Origin: an uncultured Verrucomicrobiae bacterium
Lineage (GTDB): Bacteria > Verrucomicrobiota > Verrucomicrobiia > Chthoniobacterales > UBA10450
Assembly (NCBI GenBank): GCA_963825355.1
Contig: CAWGSY010000001.1
Location: forward strand, 1,074 to 65,073
DNA length: 64,000 nt
Reading direction: 5' to 3'
In this document: piece after piece, positions 28,491 to 38,421 of the stretch
Position numbering within the stretch: position 1 is the stretch's first letter
Layout of the letters: each line of letters opens with the position of its first letter
The notes under the pieces: generated by a model
Databases searched by the model: none
The model's input: the letters and a program-made list of their open reading frames with translations, nothing else
What the model was told of the DNA's origin: nothing
Translations under genes and position numbers: made by a program

Positions 28491-31400
28491 ATGCATTTAC
28501 AATCGCTCGAGCTATTCGGTTTCAAATCGTTTGCCGATAAAACTGTCTTCAATTTTCACGAGGGCGTCACGGCGATAGTCGGCCCCAACGGTTGCGGTAA
28601 ATCCAATGTTCTCGACGCCGTAAAGTGGGCGCTCGGCGAGCAATCCGCCAAATCGCTGCGCGGCGACGAAATGGCTGACGTGATCTTCAACGGCGCCGAT
28701 ACACGAAAGCCGGTAGGATTTGCTGAGGTCTCACTTACGTTTACCGACTGCGGTGAAGAATTCGGAATCGAGTGGCATGACGTGCGCGTGACGCGCCGCA
28801 TTTATCGTGACGGAAATTCCGAATACTTGCTGAACAAAACGCCGTGCCGGCTTCGTGACATTCAAAGCCTTTTCGCCGACACCGGGATCGCGCGGACGGC
28901 TTACTCCATGATGGAGCAAGGCAGAATCGACATGATTTTGAGCTCGCGTCCCGAAGATCGGCGCGCGGTTTTCGAAGAAGCAGCCGGGATCACGAAATAC
29001 AAAACGCAAAAACGCGAGGCGCTCCGAAAGCTGGAGGCTACGGAAGCAAATCTCTTGCGCATCGGGGACGTGATTAAGGAAGTCAAACGCCAGATCGGTT
29101 CGCTCCAGCGACAGGCGGGGAAAGCGCGACGCTATCAGGCGTTGCACGCAGATCTGCGCGTGCTTGAGACAAATCATGCTTCCAAACAGCTCGTTGCGCT
29201 CGAGCGCGACCTGGCGGCGTCGCGGAAAGAAATCGAAGGTCTGATGCATAGCGAGAAGACCGCGCGCGCACAAATCGACAACGGTGAAAACGCGCTTGCT
29301 GAAGAACGCGGTGCGCTGGACAAGATCGACACTGAGATCGCCGAGTCACGTGCAGAAGTTCAGCGATTGGACGCCGAGATTGCAACGCACCGCAACCGCA
29401 TCGAGTTCAATCGTCAGCGCGCGCAGGAACTGGCTGAATTAATCGATCGCGCTCGGCGCGACATTACTGAGGCTGAAAACAAACGCCAGCAGCAGGAAGC
29501 TCAAATCAAGGAAACGAACAGTGCCATCCGGCAAATCGAGCAGCACCTAAAAGAAAAGGAAGCCGAGCTGACCGAACTTTCGGCTCTGGCTGGAGAAATC
29601 CACAAGAAACGCAGCGATCGGGTCACGCGATTACAAGAATTGCAGGTCGCGCTTTCGAAATCCGAAAGCCGGATCCCGAGCCTCGAAGAGGAACTGATCG
29701 GAACTAAAGCACGCCGTGAATTGACTCACGCACAAGTTGAACAACTTCTAAAAGATATCGAAGGATTAACTGAAGCGCGCGAAGAACTCGTCGGGCAAAT
29801 CGCTGTCTCGCTCAAAGCCTCGCGTCATCAACCGCTCGACATCGAGACGAGTCTTCGCGAAAAGGAGAAACTGCTTGCTCAAGCAGAACAGGATCTTGCC
29901 ATGCTACATCGCACGCTCGCCGAAAAGCGATCGCGCCTGGAGGTGTTGCGTCAACTGAACGAAGAGGGCGAAGGCCTCGCCGAAGGTTCACAAGCTCTAC
30001 TCAAGCGCGTCAACGGCTCAGCAGAATTTCGAGACGCGATTGCCGGTTCGCTCGTTGCGCAACTCGACGTTGATCCAAAATTCATTCCGGCGATCGAAGC
30101 TGCACTGGGCCGTAATCTGCACGCCATCATATTAAAAGAGGCAGCGGTTGTTTCCGAAATAATTGGTCATCTAAAGAAAAAAAAACTGGGACACGCCGCG
30201 CTCCTTGTTCCTGGGCTCACGGCGGCCGCGTCGCAAGCATCGCAAAAAATTCTGCCACCGGAGGCGCTCGCCTGGGCCACTGATAAGGTCCGTGCACCCA
30301 AATCGCTGGAAGCACTCGTCACTCGATTGCTCGGCGACGTCGCAGTCTTTGCCGAACTGGAACAGGCGCTCGAGTGCAAAAAGCTGGAACCCGCACTGCC
30401 GATGGCCACGCTCGCTGGCGAATATGTTTCCCGAGAAGGAATCGTTTTTACCGGAAGCAGCGAAGCGCGCGCCGCTTCTTTGCTCGAACGCAAAGCGCAG
30501 ATCGCCGATCTGGCGAAAGAAGAAGCTGCTCTCGAAAAGGAACACAATTCAGTTTCTGTCAGGCGAGACGAGGCAAAAATCGCTCTTGAAACCGCCTCGC
30601 GGCTTCAACGTGAATTGAGCGAGGCCGGAAGCAAGATCGATGTGTTGCAATCGGAAAAAACTGCTTTGGAGCGCCAGATTGCGGCAGCCGACGAACGGCT
30701 TGCACACGTGGAGCGGGATCTTCAGTCGGCCGGCGATCAATTGGCCAATCAAAAGACCGAGTTAGCCGCATTCGAAGCCGCGCAGAAAAACACTGTGCTG
30801 CGCGAGGAAGAGCTAACTGCGAGAACCAATGAACTGCGGCTGGGCGTCGCAACAGACCGCCAGCGTCATGAAAATTTGATTGCGCAACGCGAACCAATGA
30901 GTGCGCGTGACGCCGAGCTGGCCGAATTGGTCACAGTTCGAAAAGCGGACGTCGCGATGTACGAACGTAAATTGGCTGCGCAGGCTGAGGAGTCGCGTGA
31001 ATCCGAAACGTTAATCAACACACAAACGACGCAGCGTGACGAGGCACAAGCGAACAGCGCAAAAATCGCCGGCGAGCGCGCGACACGACTCGCCGCGATT
31101 TCCAATCGGGAAAGCGAACTGCGTCGTGTCCGAGACTCGTTAGGCGAAATACAAGACCGACGCGCACAGGGACAAGTCAGGGAATCGCAATTCCAAATGA
31201 AGATCGACAATCTCGTCGGGCATATTTCCCGCAGCTATCAGATCGAGCTTCGCGGATTCACACCTGATGAAGCCGCGTTTGAAAAGACGTTGAGAGCGCA
31301 AGTGAAGCGCAACGAGAAACTGGAGGGCGGAGCTTCCTTCAGCGGGCTTGGGACAGACTCTGCGACGCCGGGCTCGCCGGAGCTCGCCCCTCCAAATCTC

Positions 31401-32117
31401 GAAAAATCTATCGCCGACCTGAGAACACAGCTGGACAACATGGGACCAGTGAACCTCGAGGCGGTGCACGAATACGACGAACTCGAGGAGCGCCACAAGT
31501 TCCTTGAAGCCCAAAACACCGATCTTACGAATTCACAGCGCGAACTGCTAGACGTGATCGCGCGCATCAATTCCACGACACGAAAACTATTTGCCGACAC
31601 GTTTGAGCAGGTTCGTACGAATTTTCGGGAAATGTTTGGCGAGCTATTCCGTGGGGGACGCGCGGACTTGTCGCTAGTCGACGAGAACGACCCACTGAAC
31701 TGCGGTATCGAAATCACGGCCAAGCCGCCGGGGAAACAATTGCAAAGCGTGTCGCTGTTGAGTGGTGGCGAACGTGCAATGACAGCCGTCTCGTTGCTGT
31801 TTGCGATTTACATGGTGCGCCCGAGTCCGTTCTGCATTCTTGATGAAGTAGATGCCGCGCTCGACGAGAACAACATTAACTGCTTCATCCGCGTGCTCGA
31901 CCGGTTCGTGCAGCAGAGCCAATTTATCATCATCACACATAACAAACGCACGATCGCCAAAGCTGATGTTTTGTATGGCGTAACGATGGAAGAACGTGGC
32001 GTGAGTAAATTGGTCGGCGTCAAACTCACTGCTCCAGCACAACCTGTCGCTGAAGCAGCTTCAAACGGTGGCGCACAATTACCAGCACAGCGCCACCTCG
32101 CGTTCGCAGCACGTTAG
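28491..32117 (+). CDS. smc: Chromosome partition protein Smc
   Basis: 1208 aa. Walker A 'GPNGCGKSNVLDA', long coiled coils, a hinge, signature 'LSGGERAMTA' and Walker B 'FCILDEVDAALD'. Confidence 0.95.
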   Translation: MHLQSLELFGFKSFADKTVFNFHEGVTAIVGPNGCGKSNVLDAVKWALGEQSAKSLRGDEMADVIFNGADTRKPVGFAEVSLTFTDCGEEFGIEWHDVRVTRRIYRDGNSEYLLNKTPCRLRDIQSLFADTGIARTAYSMMEQGRIDMILSSRPEDRRAVFEEAAGITKYKTQKREALRKLEATEANLLRIGDVIKEVKRQIGSLQRQAGKARRYQALHADLRVLETNHASKQLVALERDLAASRKEIEGLMHSEKTARAQIDNGENALAEERGALDKIDTEIAESRAEVQRLDAEIATHRNRIEFNRQRAQELAELIDRARRDITEAENKRQQQEAQIKETNSAIRQIEQHLKEKEAELTELSALAGEIHKKRSDRVTRLQELQVALSKSESRIPSLEEELIGTKARRELTHAQVEQLLKDIEGLTEAREELVGQIAVSLKASRHQPLDIETSLREKEKLLAQAEQDLAMLHRTLAEKRSRLEVLRQLNEEGEGLAEGSQALLKRVNGSAEFRDAIAGSLVAQLDVDPKFIPAIEAALGRNLHAIILKEAAVVSEIIGHLKKKKLGHAALLVPGLTAAASQASQKILPPEALAWATDKVRAPKSLEALVTRLLGDVAVFAELEQALECKKLEPALPMATLAGEYVSREGIVFTGSSEARAASLLERKAQIADLAKEEAALEKEHNSVSVRRDEAKIALETASRLQRELSEAGSKIDVLQSEKTALERQIAAADERLAHVERDLQSAGDQLANQKTELAAFEAAQKNTVLREEELTARTNELRLGVATDRQRHENLIAQREPMSARDAELAELVTVRKADVAMYERKLAAQAEESRESETLINTQTTQRDEAQANSAKIAGERATRLAAISNRESELRRVRDSLGEIQDRRAQGQVRESQFQMKIDNLVGHISRSYQIELRGFTPDEAAFEKTLRAQVKRNEKLEGGASFSGLGTDSATPGSPELAPPNLEKSIADLRTQLDNMGPVNLEAVHEYDELEERHKFLEAQNTDLTNSQRELLDVIARINSTTRKLFADTFEQVRTNFREMFGELFRGGRADLSLVDENDPLNCGIEITAKPPGKQLQSVSLLSGGERAMTAVSLLFAIYMVRPSPFCILDEVDAALDENNINCFIRVLDRFVQQSQFIIITHNKRTIAKADVLYGVTMEERGVSKLVGVKLTAPAQPVAEAASNGGAQLPAQRHLAFAAR

Positions 32118-32264
32118 CGGAATCGGATCGTAGCAAGAGAATGGAGACGGCCACCCCCGGGGCCGTTGGTCTTCGGCGCGAGGGCGCGCCGGCTCCATCG
32201 GTTGCTATTCAACAGTAACAGAAAAACTTTGCGCGCAGTTGCCGATCTTGGCTAAAATGACGCG

Positions 32265-33344
32265 ATGCTTCAGACGGCGCAGCGGACCGCAAAATCGAAA
32301 AAGAAAAAAGGCGCGTCTCCCTCGCTGGGCCAAGCTGCTGCGGACAAAACCCCGCCTCCTCATGAGCGTTTTCTCGAAGCATTTCGCTGGATGCTGCTGG
32401 CGCGCACACTCGAGGAAAAGCTCGTTAGTCTCTACCGAGGTGGCCAAATTACAGGCGGCGTTTACATCGGTAAAGGCCAGGAAGCAGTCAGTGTCGCATG
32501 CGGTTTGTTTTTAGAAAAACGCGACATTTTTGCGCCGTTGATTCGCGACCAGGCTGGCCGATCTGCGTTTGGCGAACCGTTAGTGGATGTCACGCGCACA
32601 TACCTCGGTTCGCGCCTCGGTCCGATGCGCGGCCGCGACGGCAATATTCATCGAGGGCATCCGCGCGATAACGAACTGGCGATGATCAGTCATCTCGGCG
32701 CAATGGTTTCAGTTACGGTCGGCACATTGATGGCGAAGCGATTTCGAGGAGAGAAAGATTTTGTCGGGCTCACGTGCATCGGCGAAGGGGGAATGCAAAC
32801 CGGAGCGTTTCACGAAGGAATGAACATTGCCGCAGTGGAACAGGTGCCTCTCGTGGTCGTCGCGACTAATAATCATTACGCGTACTCAACGCCTAACGAC
32901 CGCGAATTTGCGTGCAATGATTTGATGGAACGGGCGATTGGATACGGGTTCGAAGGTTATAGCGTGGACGGAACTGATCTTGCCGCGTGCCTGGATGTAA
33001 TTGGCGGTGCGGTCAACCGCGTGCGTGCAGGGCGTCCGCCCCAATTAGTGGTCGCCTCGGTGCTGCGACTTTCCGGACATGGCGAACACGATGACGCCAG
33101 CTACGTATCCGACGAAATGAAGCAGCAGCCGTTTGGGCGGGACTGTTTGAAGGTCGCCGAGCAAATCATTATCGAATCTAATCTGGCGGATATGAACACA
33201 CTCGCCGAATGGCGGAAAGACGCCGTCGCCCAGGTGGACGAGGCAGTTGCCGCCGCTCAAAAAGAAGCCGTGCCGGAAGCCGACAAAGAAGACTGGTGCG
33301 CGTTGTCTACGCGCGACCTCGTCGATCATGTCGACGAGGAATGA
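32265..33344 (+). CDS. 2-oxoacid dehydrogenase E1 component, alpha subunit (TPP-dependent)
   Basis: 'CIGEGGMQTGAFHEGMNIAAVEQVPLVVVATNNHYA' is the TPP-binding motif region of heterotetrameric E1. Confidence 0.88.
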   Translation: MLQTAQRTAKSKKKKGASPSLGQAAADKTPPPHERFLEAFRWMLLARTLEEKLVSLYRGGQITGGVYIGKGQEAVSVACGLFLEKRDIFAPLIRDQAGRSAFGEPLVDVTRTYLGSRLGPMRGRDGNIHRGHPRDNELAMISHLGAMVSVTVGTLMAKRFRGEKDFVGLTCIGEGGMQTGAFHEGMNIAAVEQVPLVVVATNNHYAYSTPNDREFACNDLMERAIGYGFEGYSVDGTDLAACLDVIGGAVNRVRAGRPPQLVVASVLRLSGHGEHDDASYVSDEMKQQPFGRDCLKVAEQIIIESNLADMNTLAEWRKDAVAQVDEAVAAAQKEAVPEADKEDWCALSTRDLVDHVDEE

Positions 33345-33411
33345 CGAACCACGAATGTCGAAGGTCGAAGGAAATCCAAATGCTCAAATGACGAACGCTG
33401 TGGCCGCACAT

Positions 33412-33447
33412 CTTCGTCATTCGTCATTCGTCATTCGGGTTTCGTGA
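33412..33447. repeat. Low-complexity 'TTCGTCATTCG' repeat (second copy of the core at 21621..21672)
   Basis: 'cttcgtcattcgtcattcgtcattcgggtttcgtga' lies in the E1alpha-E1beta spacer. An inverse-oriented 'aatgacgaac' lies 60 nt upstream. Confidence 0.7.
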
Positions 33448-33455
33448 TTACCCGC

Positions 33456-34424
33456 ATGAGCATCACTTACCTCGAAGCCATCCGTGAAGCGCAGGCTAAA
33501 GTTTTGCGCGACGACGATCGCGTTTTCATTTACGGACAGGATGTCGGCGGGGCATTTGGCGGCGCATTTAAAGCAACGAAAGGCTTGGCAAAGGAATTTC
33601 CGCAGCGCGTGCTGAACACGCCTATCAGTGAGGATGCAATCGTCGGCACGGCCATTGGCGCTGCCATGCAGGGAATGCGGCCGATTGTCGAAATGCAGTT
33701 TGCGGATTTCTCAAGCATCGCGCTGAACCAGATTCTCAACAATGCAGGCACGCATTATTGGCGAACGGGCATGCCGGTGCCGATCACCGTGCGTTTGCCG
33801 TCCGGTGGAACAAAGGGGAGCGGTCCGTTTCACAGCCAGTCGATGGAATCGCTTTACGCGCATTATCCCGGTCTCATCGTGATGACGCCGGCCACGGTGG
33901 AAGACGCGTACACGATGTTGATAGAAGCTGTGGCGATCGATGATCCTGTCGTTTATTGCGAGCACAAATATCTCTATTACCATCTCAAAGCCGACAAATT
34001 GCCGGACAAAGGTTTGCCGGTGGGACGTGCACGAATCGCCCGGGAAGGGCGTGATCTCACGATCGTGAGTTACAGCGCAATGACGCAGGAATCTCTCACT
34101 GCTGCGGAGGAACTCGCGCGCGAAGGTCTCGAAGTTGAAGTTGTCGATCTGCGTACGGTCAAGCCCTTGGACACCGACACCGTGCTCGCATCTGTGGCGC
34201 GCACCGGCCGTTTGCTTTGCGTCGGCGAATCATTTCCGTGGGGCGGCACGAATGCTGAGGTCATTGCGCGGGTCACCAGCCAGGGTTTTCATCTGCTGGA
34301 TGCCGCGCCCCAACGTCTCAACGCGAAAGACACACCGATCCCGTATCATCCAAATCTCTGGAGCGCGCATCGACCGAACGCGAAAAAGATTGTCGCAAAA
34401 GCGCGCGCGTTGTTGCGAGAATAG
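33456..34424 (+). CDS. 2-oxoacid dehydrogenase E1 component, beta subunit
   Basis: 'TYLEAIREAQ', 'RVLNTPISEDAIVGTAIGAAMQGMRPIVEMQFADF' and the transketolase C-domain. ATG at 33456 is preferred over GTG at 33444. Confidence 0.9.
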   Translation: MSITYLEAIREAQAKVLRDDDRVFIYGQDVGGAFGGAFKATKGLAKEFPQRVLNTPISEDAIVGTAIGAAMQGMRPIVEMQFADFSSIALNQILNNAGTHYWRTGMPVPITVRLPSGGTKGSGPFHSQSMESLYAHYPGLIVMTPATVEDAYTMLIEAVAIDDPVVYCEHKYLYYHLKADKLPDKGLPVGRARIAREGRDLTIVSYSAMTQESLTAAEELAREGLEVEVVDLRTVKPLDTDTVLASVARTGRLLCVGESFPWGGTNAEVIARVTSQGFHLLDAAPQRLNAKDTPIPYHPNLWSAHRPNAKKIVAKARALLRE

Positions 34425-34444
34425 ACTTATGCCACCGATAAACT

Positions 34445-34533
34445 GTCATCTTGAGCGAAGCGAGGGCAGTCGAAACATCCCGGAATTATGTTTAAGGTTA
34501 CGCAAGGGATTCCTCGACTTCGCTCGGAATGAC
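34445..34533. repeat. Palindromic intergenic repeat, copy 5 (between E1beta and E2)
   Basis: 'gtcatcttgagcgaagcgagggcagtcg ... ggattcctcgacttcgctcggaatgac'. Confidence 0.8.
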
Positions 34534-34542
34534 TGAGTAGCT

Positions 34543-35769
34543 ATGCCGCAAGTACCGATCATCATGCCGCAGCTTGGCGAATCGATCGCCGAAGCCACAA
34601 TCGTCGATATCAAGGTCAAACCTGGCGACGAAGTTGTGGACGATCAGGAAATCATCGACGTCGAAACGAATAAGGCGGTGATGGGCGTAACAACGCCATG
34701 CAAAGGCAAGATCGACAACATCACCGTGCAGTTGAAGGAGACGTATCCCGTGGGCGCCGTGCTCGGCTACATTGAAGCAAGCGAACAAGACGCTGCGCGC
34801 TTCGCCAAACACACGCCAGCGCCTCCGCCGCAAAAGGAAGTCGCGGAAGAAATTCCTGCGCGCGCCGATCAGGAAGTTGCTCCGGCTCGAGAGAAAAGAA
34901 TGGCTGCGCGTGATGGCGATGGTGACCGGGCTGGCGGTCTACCCGTGCCAGCGATCACCAAAGGCGCAACCTTTATGTCACCGCGTGTCCGCGCGCGCAT
35001 GGCTGAATTGCAGCTAACGACCGCCGATCTCGCGGGGATCATGGGGACTGGCGCCAGCAACCGGGTGACGATCAAAGATCTTGAAAGTTTTCTGGACAAG
35101 ATCGAGAACCAGACAGCGCACGAAGCTTCAAAGATTCGCGTTGGCGTTGCCGATGCGATGCGGCGGAGCTGGACACGGCCTCTTTCAACGATCGGGTCGT
35201 CAGTGAATCTCGATCCGGCGCTACAAGATCGACAATCGCGCGATCCGAAACCCGGCCTCGGCCTTTACGCACTGCGCGCACTTGCGCTTTCGCTGGCGCA
35301 AAATCCAGCCGCAGCAGCGAAATTCATCGGAAACCGCGTGGTGCAATCAAACTCGATCGACGTTGGAATTGCAGTCGAAGCCGAAGACGGAATCATGGTG
35401 CCGGTCATTCGGAGCGCAGAGAAAACTTCGCTTGCTGATCTCACAACGAAATACAAGGAATTGATCGAACTTGCGCGACAGCGGCGGATTTCGCCTGACA
35501 TGCAGGCCGGCGGCATCGCCACCGTTTCTAATTTTGGGATTTTCGGGATGGAATGGGGCACGCCCATTCCCCTGCCCGATCAAACGTTGCTGCTCGGCCT
35601 CGGCATGGGCAAAAAAGCCCCGTCGTGGGACGAAGCGAAAAACCAATTCGTCCCGAGAACCGAAGCGCAAATCACGTTAAGCTTCGATCATCGCAGCGTC
35701 GACGGCGGCGGCGCCAGTCGTTTATTAAAGCGCGTGATCGAATTGCTCGAGAGTCCCAAAGAACTCTGA
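34543..35769 (+). CDS. Dihydrolipoamide acyltransferase (E2)
   Basis: Lipoyl domain ('IIDVETNKAVMGV'), an E3/E1-binding domain ('MSPRVRARMAELQLTTADLAGIMGTG') and catalytic 'SFDHRSVDGGGASRLL'. Confidence 0.9.
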   Translation: MPQVPIIMPQLGESIAEATIVDIKVKPGDEVVDDQEIIDVETNKAVMGVTTPCKGKIDNITVQLKETYPVGAVLGYIEASEQDAARFAKHTPAPPPQKEVAEEIPARADQEVAPAREKRMAARDGDGDRAGGLPVPAITKGATFMSPRVRARMAELQLTTADLAGIMGTGASNRVTIKDLESFLDKIENQTAHEASKIRVGVADAMRRSWTRPLSTIGSSVNLDPALQDRQSRDPKPGLGLYALRALALSLAQNPAAAAKFIGNRVVQSNSIDVGIAVEAEDGIMVPVIRSAEKTSLADLTTKYKELIELARQRRISPDMQAGGIATVSNFGIFGMEWGTPIPLPDQTLLLGLGMGKKAPSWDEAKNQFVPRTEAQITLSFDHRSVDGGGASRLLKRVIELLESPKEL

Positions 35770-35791
35770 GCGCCGCACTCGTCATAAGAAA

Positions 35792-38032
35792 TCAGGGTCT
35801 AGGGTTCGTTCGAGTCGAAGAAGAGTAACGCCACGCGGCGAAAATGCCGAACAGAACGATCAACGCGCAAACCGCAGCAACACCCCCTCCCCACATCAAC
35901 CAAGATGGTCTATACGCAACCGTTAGCCGCCCCTGCGCGCCTGCTGGAATTTCCAAAGTTGGAAATAATCCACGATAAGAGGTGATGGCGAGTTTCTGAT
36001 CGCCGATGCGCGCTTTATATCCGCGGAAATAAGGACGGGAAAAAGTCAGAAGTGCAGACAGACCACCGGCTGGGACATCGATGTCTGCATCCACGAAATT
36101 CCGAGAGTCGTTAATCCGTGAAATCGTAGCCGACACAAATTGCTCGTTAGGCCGCGAATCAATTGAGGTGACCGAGCGTACGCGCAAAAACGGCGCGCCG
36201 CGCCGATGAAAGACGTTTCCTTCATCGGTTGAAACGACCAGCTCCCATTCAGAACTCGGCTGGGGCGCGATGTCGACTTCTCGCGCAACGACGACCCCGT
36301 CCACGCCCATCAAAGCCAGTTGGCCATCTCTGCCGGCTTGATCATTCAGTAAATGGCTTCCCACATCCGGATTAATTTCACCATGAATGCTGGTTTCAAA
36401 TTCGCGTGCTACACCTGCGGCGCGGATCGGGCTGTAGCCGTTGATGAATCGTAATCCGGCCCACATCGAAGTGCTTCCCGGCCGTAGAGTTTGGCCGACT
36501 GGTTCCGGCTTGTTTACCGTAGCATAGGTCAGCTCAGCCCATGGATATACGCTTAGGTAAAGCCGCTGCGGATCGAGCGGCACAGGTTTGAGGAGTTCTT
36601 GAGAAAAATTGTAGCGCGGCACTCCGCAGTTTGTCGGCATGAAGAGATACGTGGCGAGGAAAGCGCAAAAGGTGATCAAAGGGGGTACCCAACTGCGAAA
36701 TTCGGAACCGCGCAGCAGCAACTCTAAACACAACCAAACCACAGCCAGTCCAATCACAATCCAATTGAGCGGGAAAGCGTAAGGACCGGTCGCGTGGAAG
36801 ATTAACGCTGCGACGCCTATCAATACGACAAGTCCAAGACCCGTTGTAGCCGGGATCGATGACCCCGGTCTTAGGCGCAATGCTTCCGCCGCGCAAATGG
36901 CCAGTACCAGATGGAAAAATGGGAGCCAACGAAAACTCCAACGGAACATGCCGGCCATCGGAGTCATGCAAAGTAAAAGCACGATCAACAGCAACACGAG
37001 CTCCCATTTGATTTGCCTAACGATCCGCCGCGGATGCCAGATCAATGCGGCAACGAGCGCCGCAGGAGCGACTAATCCGCACGCCAATTCGGCCGCCGTA
37101 TGCGCGCGACCGCGTGAAGAAAAATCGATCCAATTGACCGTCCAAGATGGGAGAATCAATCCCGGGAGCGCCGCTGGCGGCACGCGCCATTGCCAATGTG
37201 CTGTGGCTGCCTGTAATTCCCGAGCTGAACCCTGGATCAAATCAAGTAACGCCAGCCACGCGGGCGCTGAAAGACCGAAACCGAGGGCGACACCAAACAA
37301 CATCGGCAACACTGCAAATGTGGGAGGGACTTGAGTGTCCTGACCGTCGCGGCCCTTCCCGACTTGTCGGGACCACATTGTTTTAATCGACAACCACGCA
37401 ATGAGAAGCAGGAGCATTAAAACCGTGTAAGGAAATCCGCCGGTAATGAGGAGATAAACGAACGGCGCCGGCCAGAGCCATCGCCATTTCGATCGTCCCG
37501 AATCCAGAGCGCGTTCCGCGCCCCACCACGCCCATGGCAGCCAGGTGAACGCGCCGAGCGCACCAAACCAATCAGTCGCGCCCCAGCAAATGATCCAACC
37601 GCTTAACGAAGCAATCAGCGCGACAAAGATGGATAGACTGACTGAAAAGCCTCGATTGCGTGCCAGCAGAAATGCGCCAATCGCGAGTGCAAAAAGGTGC
37701 GCGATCGAAAGCGCAGCCGCCTGTTGCGGAAATGTGAACGGAAATTTCCAGATCAAAACAACGGCCGCATTCACGAATACCGAAAACGTTCCGTACTGAA
37801 ATTCGCCCGCGAAATTGCCGCAGACCCAGGAATATGGACTTAGGATCGGCCAATGACCTTCGGACCAACTGCGCGCCATGTCGGCGAAAACTGGCAGGAT
37901 CGACAACTCGTAATCGTCATTCCAAAAAGCGAGAGGATTGTGCCCGAGCAGTATCAGACAAAAGAGAACGACGAGTAATCCGGCTAAGAGCGCGCCGAGA
38001 ATTTCCGAAGCGGTGGAGCGCGAATTGGACAT
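35792..38032 (-). CDS. Large polytopic membrane protein, YfhO-like / GT-C-type glycosyltransferase candidate
   Basis: 746 aa with more than 12 TM segments. The N-terminal 'FWNDDYELSILPVFADMARSWSEGHWPILSPYSWVCG' resembles the YfhO N-terminal pattern. Function is uncertain. Confidence 0.45.
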   Translation of the reverse strand: MSNSRSTASEILGALLAGLLVVLFCLILLGHNPLAFWNDDYELSILPVFADMARSWSEGHWPILSPYSWVCGNFAGEFQYGTFSVFVNAAVVLIWKFPFTFPQQAAALSIAHLFALAIGAFLLARNRGFSVSLSIFVALIASLSGWIICWGATDWFGALGAFTWLPWAWWGAERALDSGRSKWRWLWPAPFVYLLITGGFPYTVLMLLLLIAWLSIKTMWSRQVGKGRDGQDTQVPPTFAVLPMLFGVALGFGLSAPAWLALLDLIQGSARELQAATAHWQWRVPPAALPGLILPSWTVNWIDFSSRGRAHTAAELACGLVAPAALVAALIWHPRRIVRQIKWELVLLLIVLLLCMTPMAGMFRWSFRWLPFFHLVLAICAAEALRLRPGSSIPATTGLGLVVLIGVAALIFHATGPYAFPLNWIVIGLAVVWLCLELLLRGSEFRSWVPPLITFCAFLATYLFMPTNCGVPRYNFSQELLKPVPLDPQRLYLSVYPWAELTYATVNKPEPVGQTLRPGSTSMWAGLRFINGYSPIRAAGVAREFETSIHGEINPDVGSHLLNDQAGRDGQLALMGVDGVVVAREVDIAPQPSSEWELVVSTDEGNVFHRRGAPFLRVRSVTSIDSRPNEQFVSATISRINDSRNFVDADIDVPAGGLSALLTFSRPYFRGYKARIGDQKLAITSYRGLFPTLEIPAGAQGRLTVAYRPSWLMWGGGVAAVCALIVLFGIFAAWRYSSSTRTNPRP

Positions 38033-38043
38033 TTAAGGCAGCA

Positions 38044-38410
38044 AACGCCGAACGCCCAATGCCCAACGCCCAATCCTGAGCTCAAAAGAGCAGCTCACAG
38101 TTTCGCGTTCTTTTCTGCCGTCTTAACGCTTGCTGCGAAAATTCTGATTAGTTCCTCTACCTCGTTTAGGCATGCTCGCAGATTTGCGGGCTCAGCAAGT
38201 TTTTTCAATCGGCTAACCAGACGCAGCCATCGTTTCGTTTCGCGAAGTTCTTTCAAACAGATTCGCCGCTTGTGAAGAAAATCTTTGCCCGATTCTGCTG
38301 CCTCAACCTCGCCGTGATTGGAGAGGGGCGATGTCCCGCACCATTCAGCGTTCTTGGTCCTCGGTTTCTTTACCTGAGCGTTTGATGTTCGATGTTGGGC
38401 GTTCGGCGTT
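38044..38410. repeat. Cassette bounded by perfect 16-bp inverted repeats (aacgccgaacgcccaa) enclosing the four-helix-bundle gene
   Basis: 38044-38059 'aacgccgaacgcccaa' is the exact reverse complement of 38395-38410 'ttgggcgttcggcgtt'. Both arms sit in longer 'cccaa(c/t)g' low-complexity tracts. Confidence 0.85.
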
Positions 38411-38421
38411 TTTCTCTTCAT
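38095..38421 (-). CDS. Four-helix-bundle protein (23S rRNA intervening-sequence protein family), N-terminally degenerate
   Basis: 'GKDFLHKRRICLKELRETKRWLRLVSRL' matches the family core ('K.DF..KL.IA.KEARET.YWL.LL'). The first helix is replaced by repeat-derived 'MKRKTPNAQHRTSNAQ'. The ORF overlaps the stop of the upstream MBL gene. Confidence 0.6.
   Translation of the reverse strand: MKRKTPNAQHRTSNAQVKKPRTKNAEWCGTSPLSNHGEVEAAESGKDFLHKRRICLKELRETKRWLRLVSRLKKLAEPANLRACLNEVEELIRIFAASVKTAEKNAKL

Noticed and set aside
28556-32042. Numerous 60-180-aa ORFs on both strands inside smc. Similar sets occur inside proA, ftsK, the POT, M20 and APC genes, secDF, the kinase and the GT genes.
   Set aside because: They overlap long ORFs with unambiguous family motifs. 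They are Arg/Ser/Pro-rich, as is typical for off-frame translation of GC-rich coding DNA.
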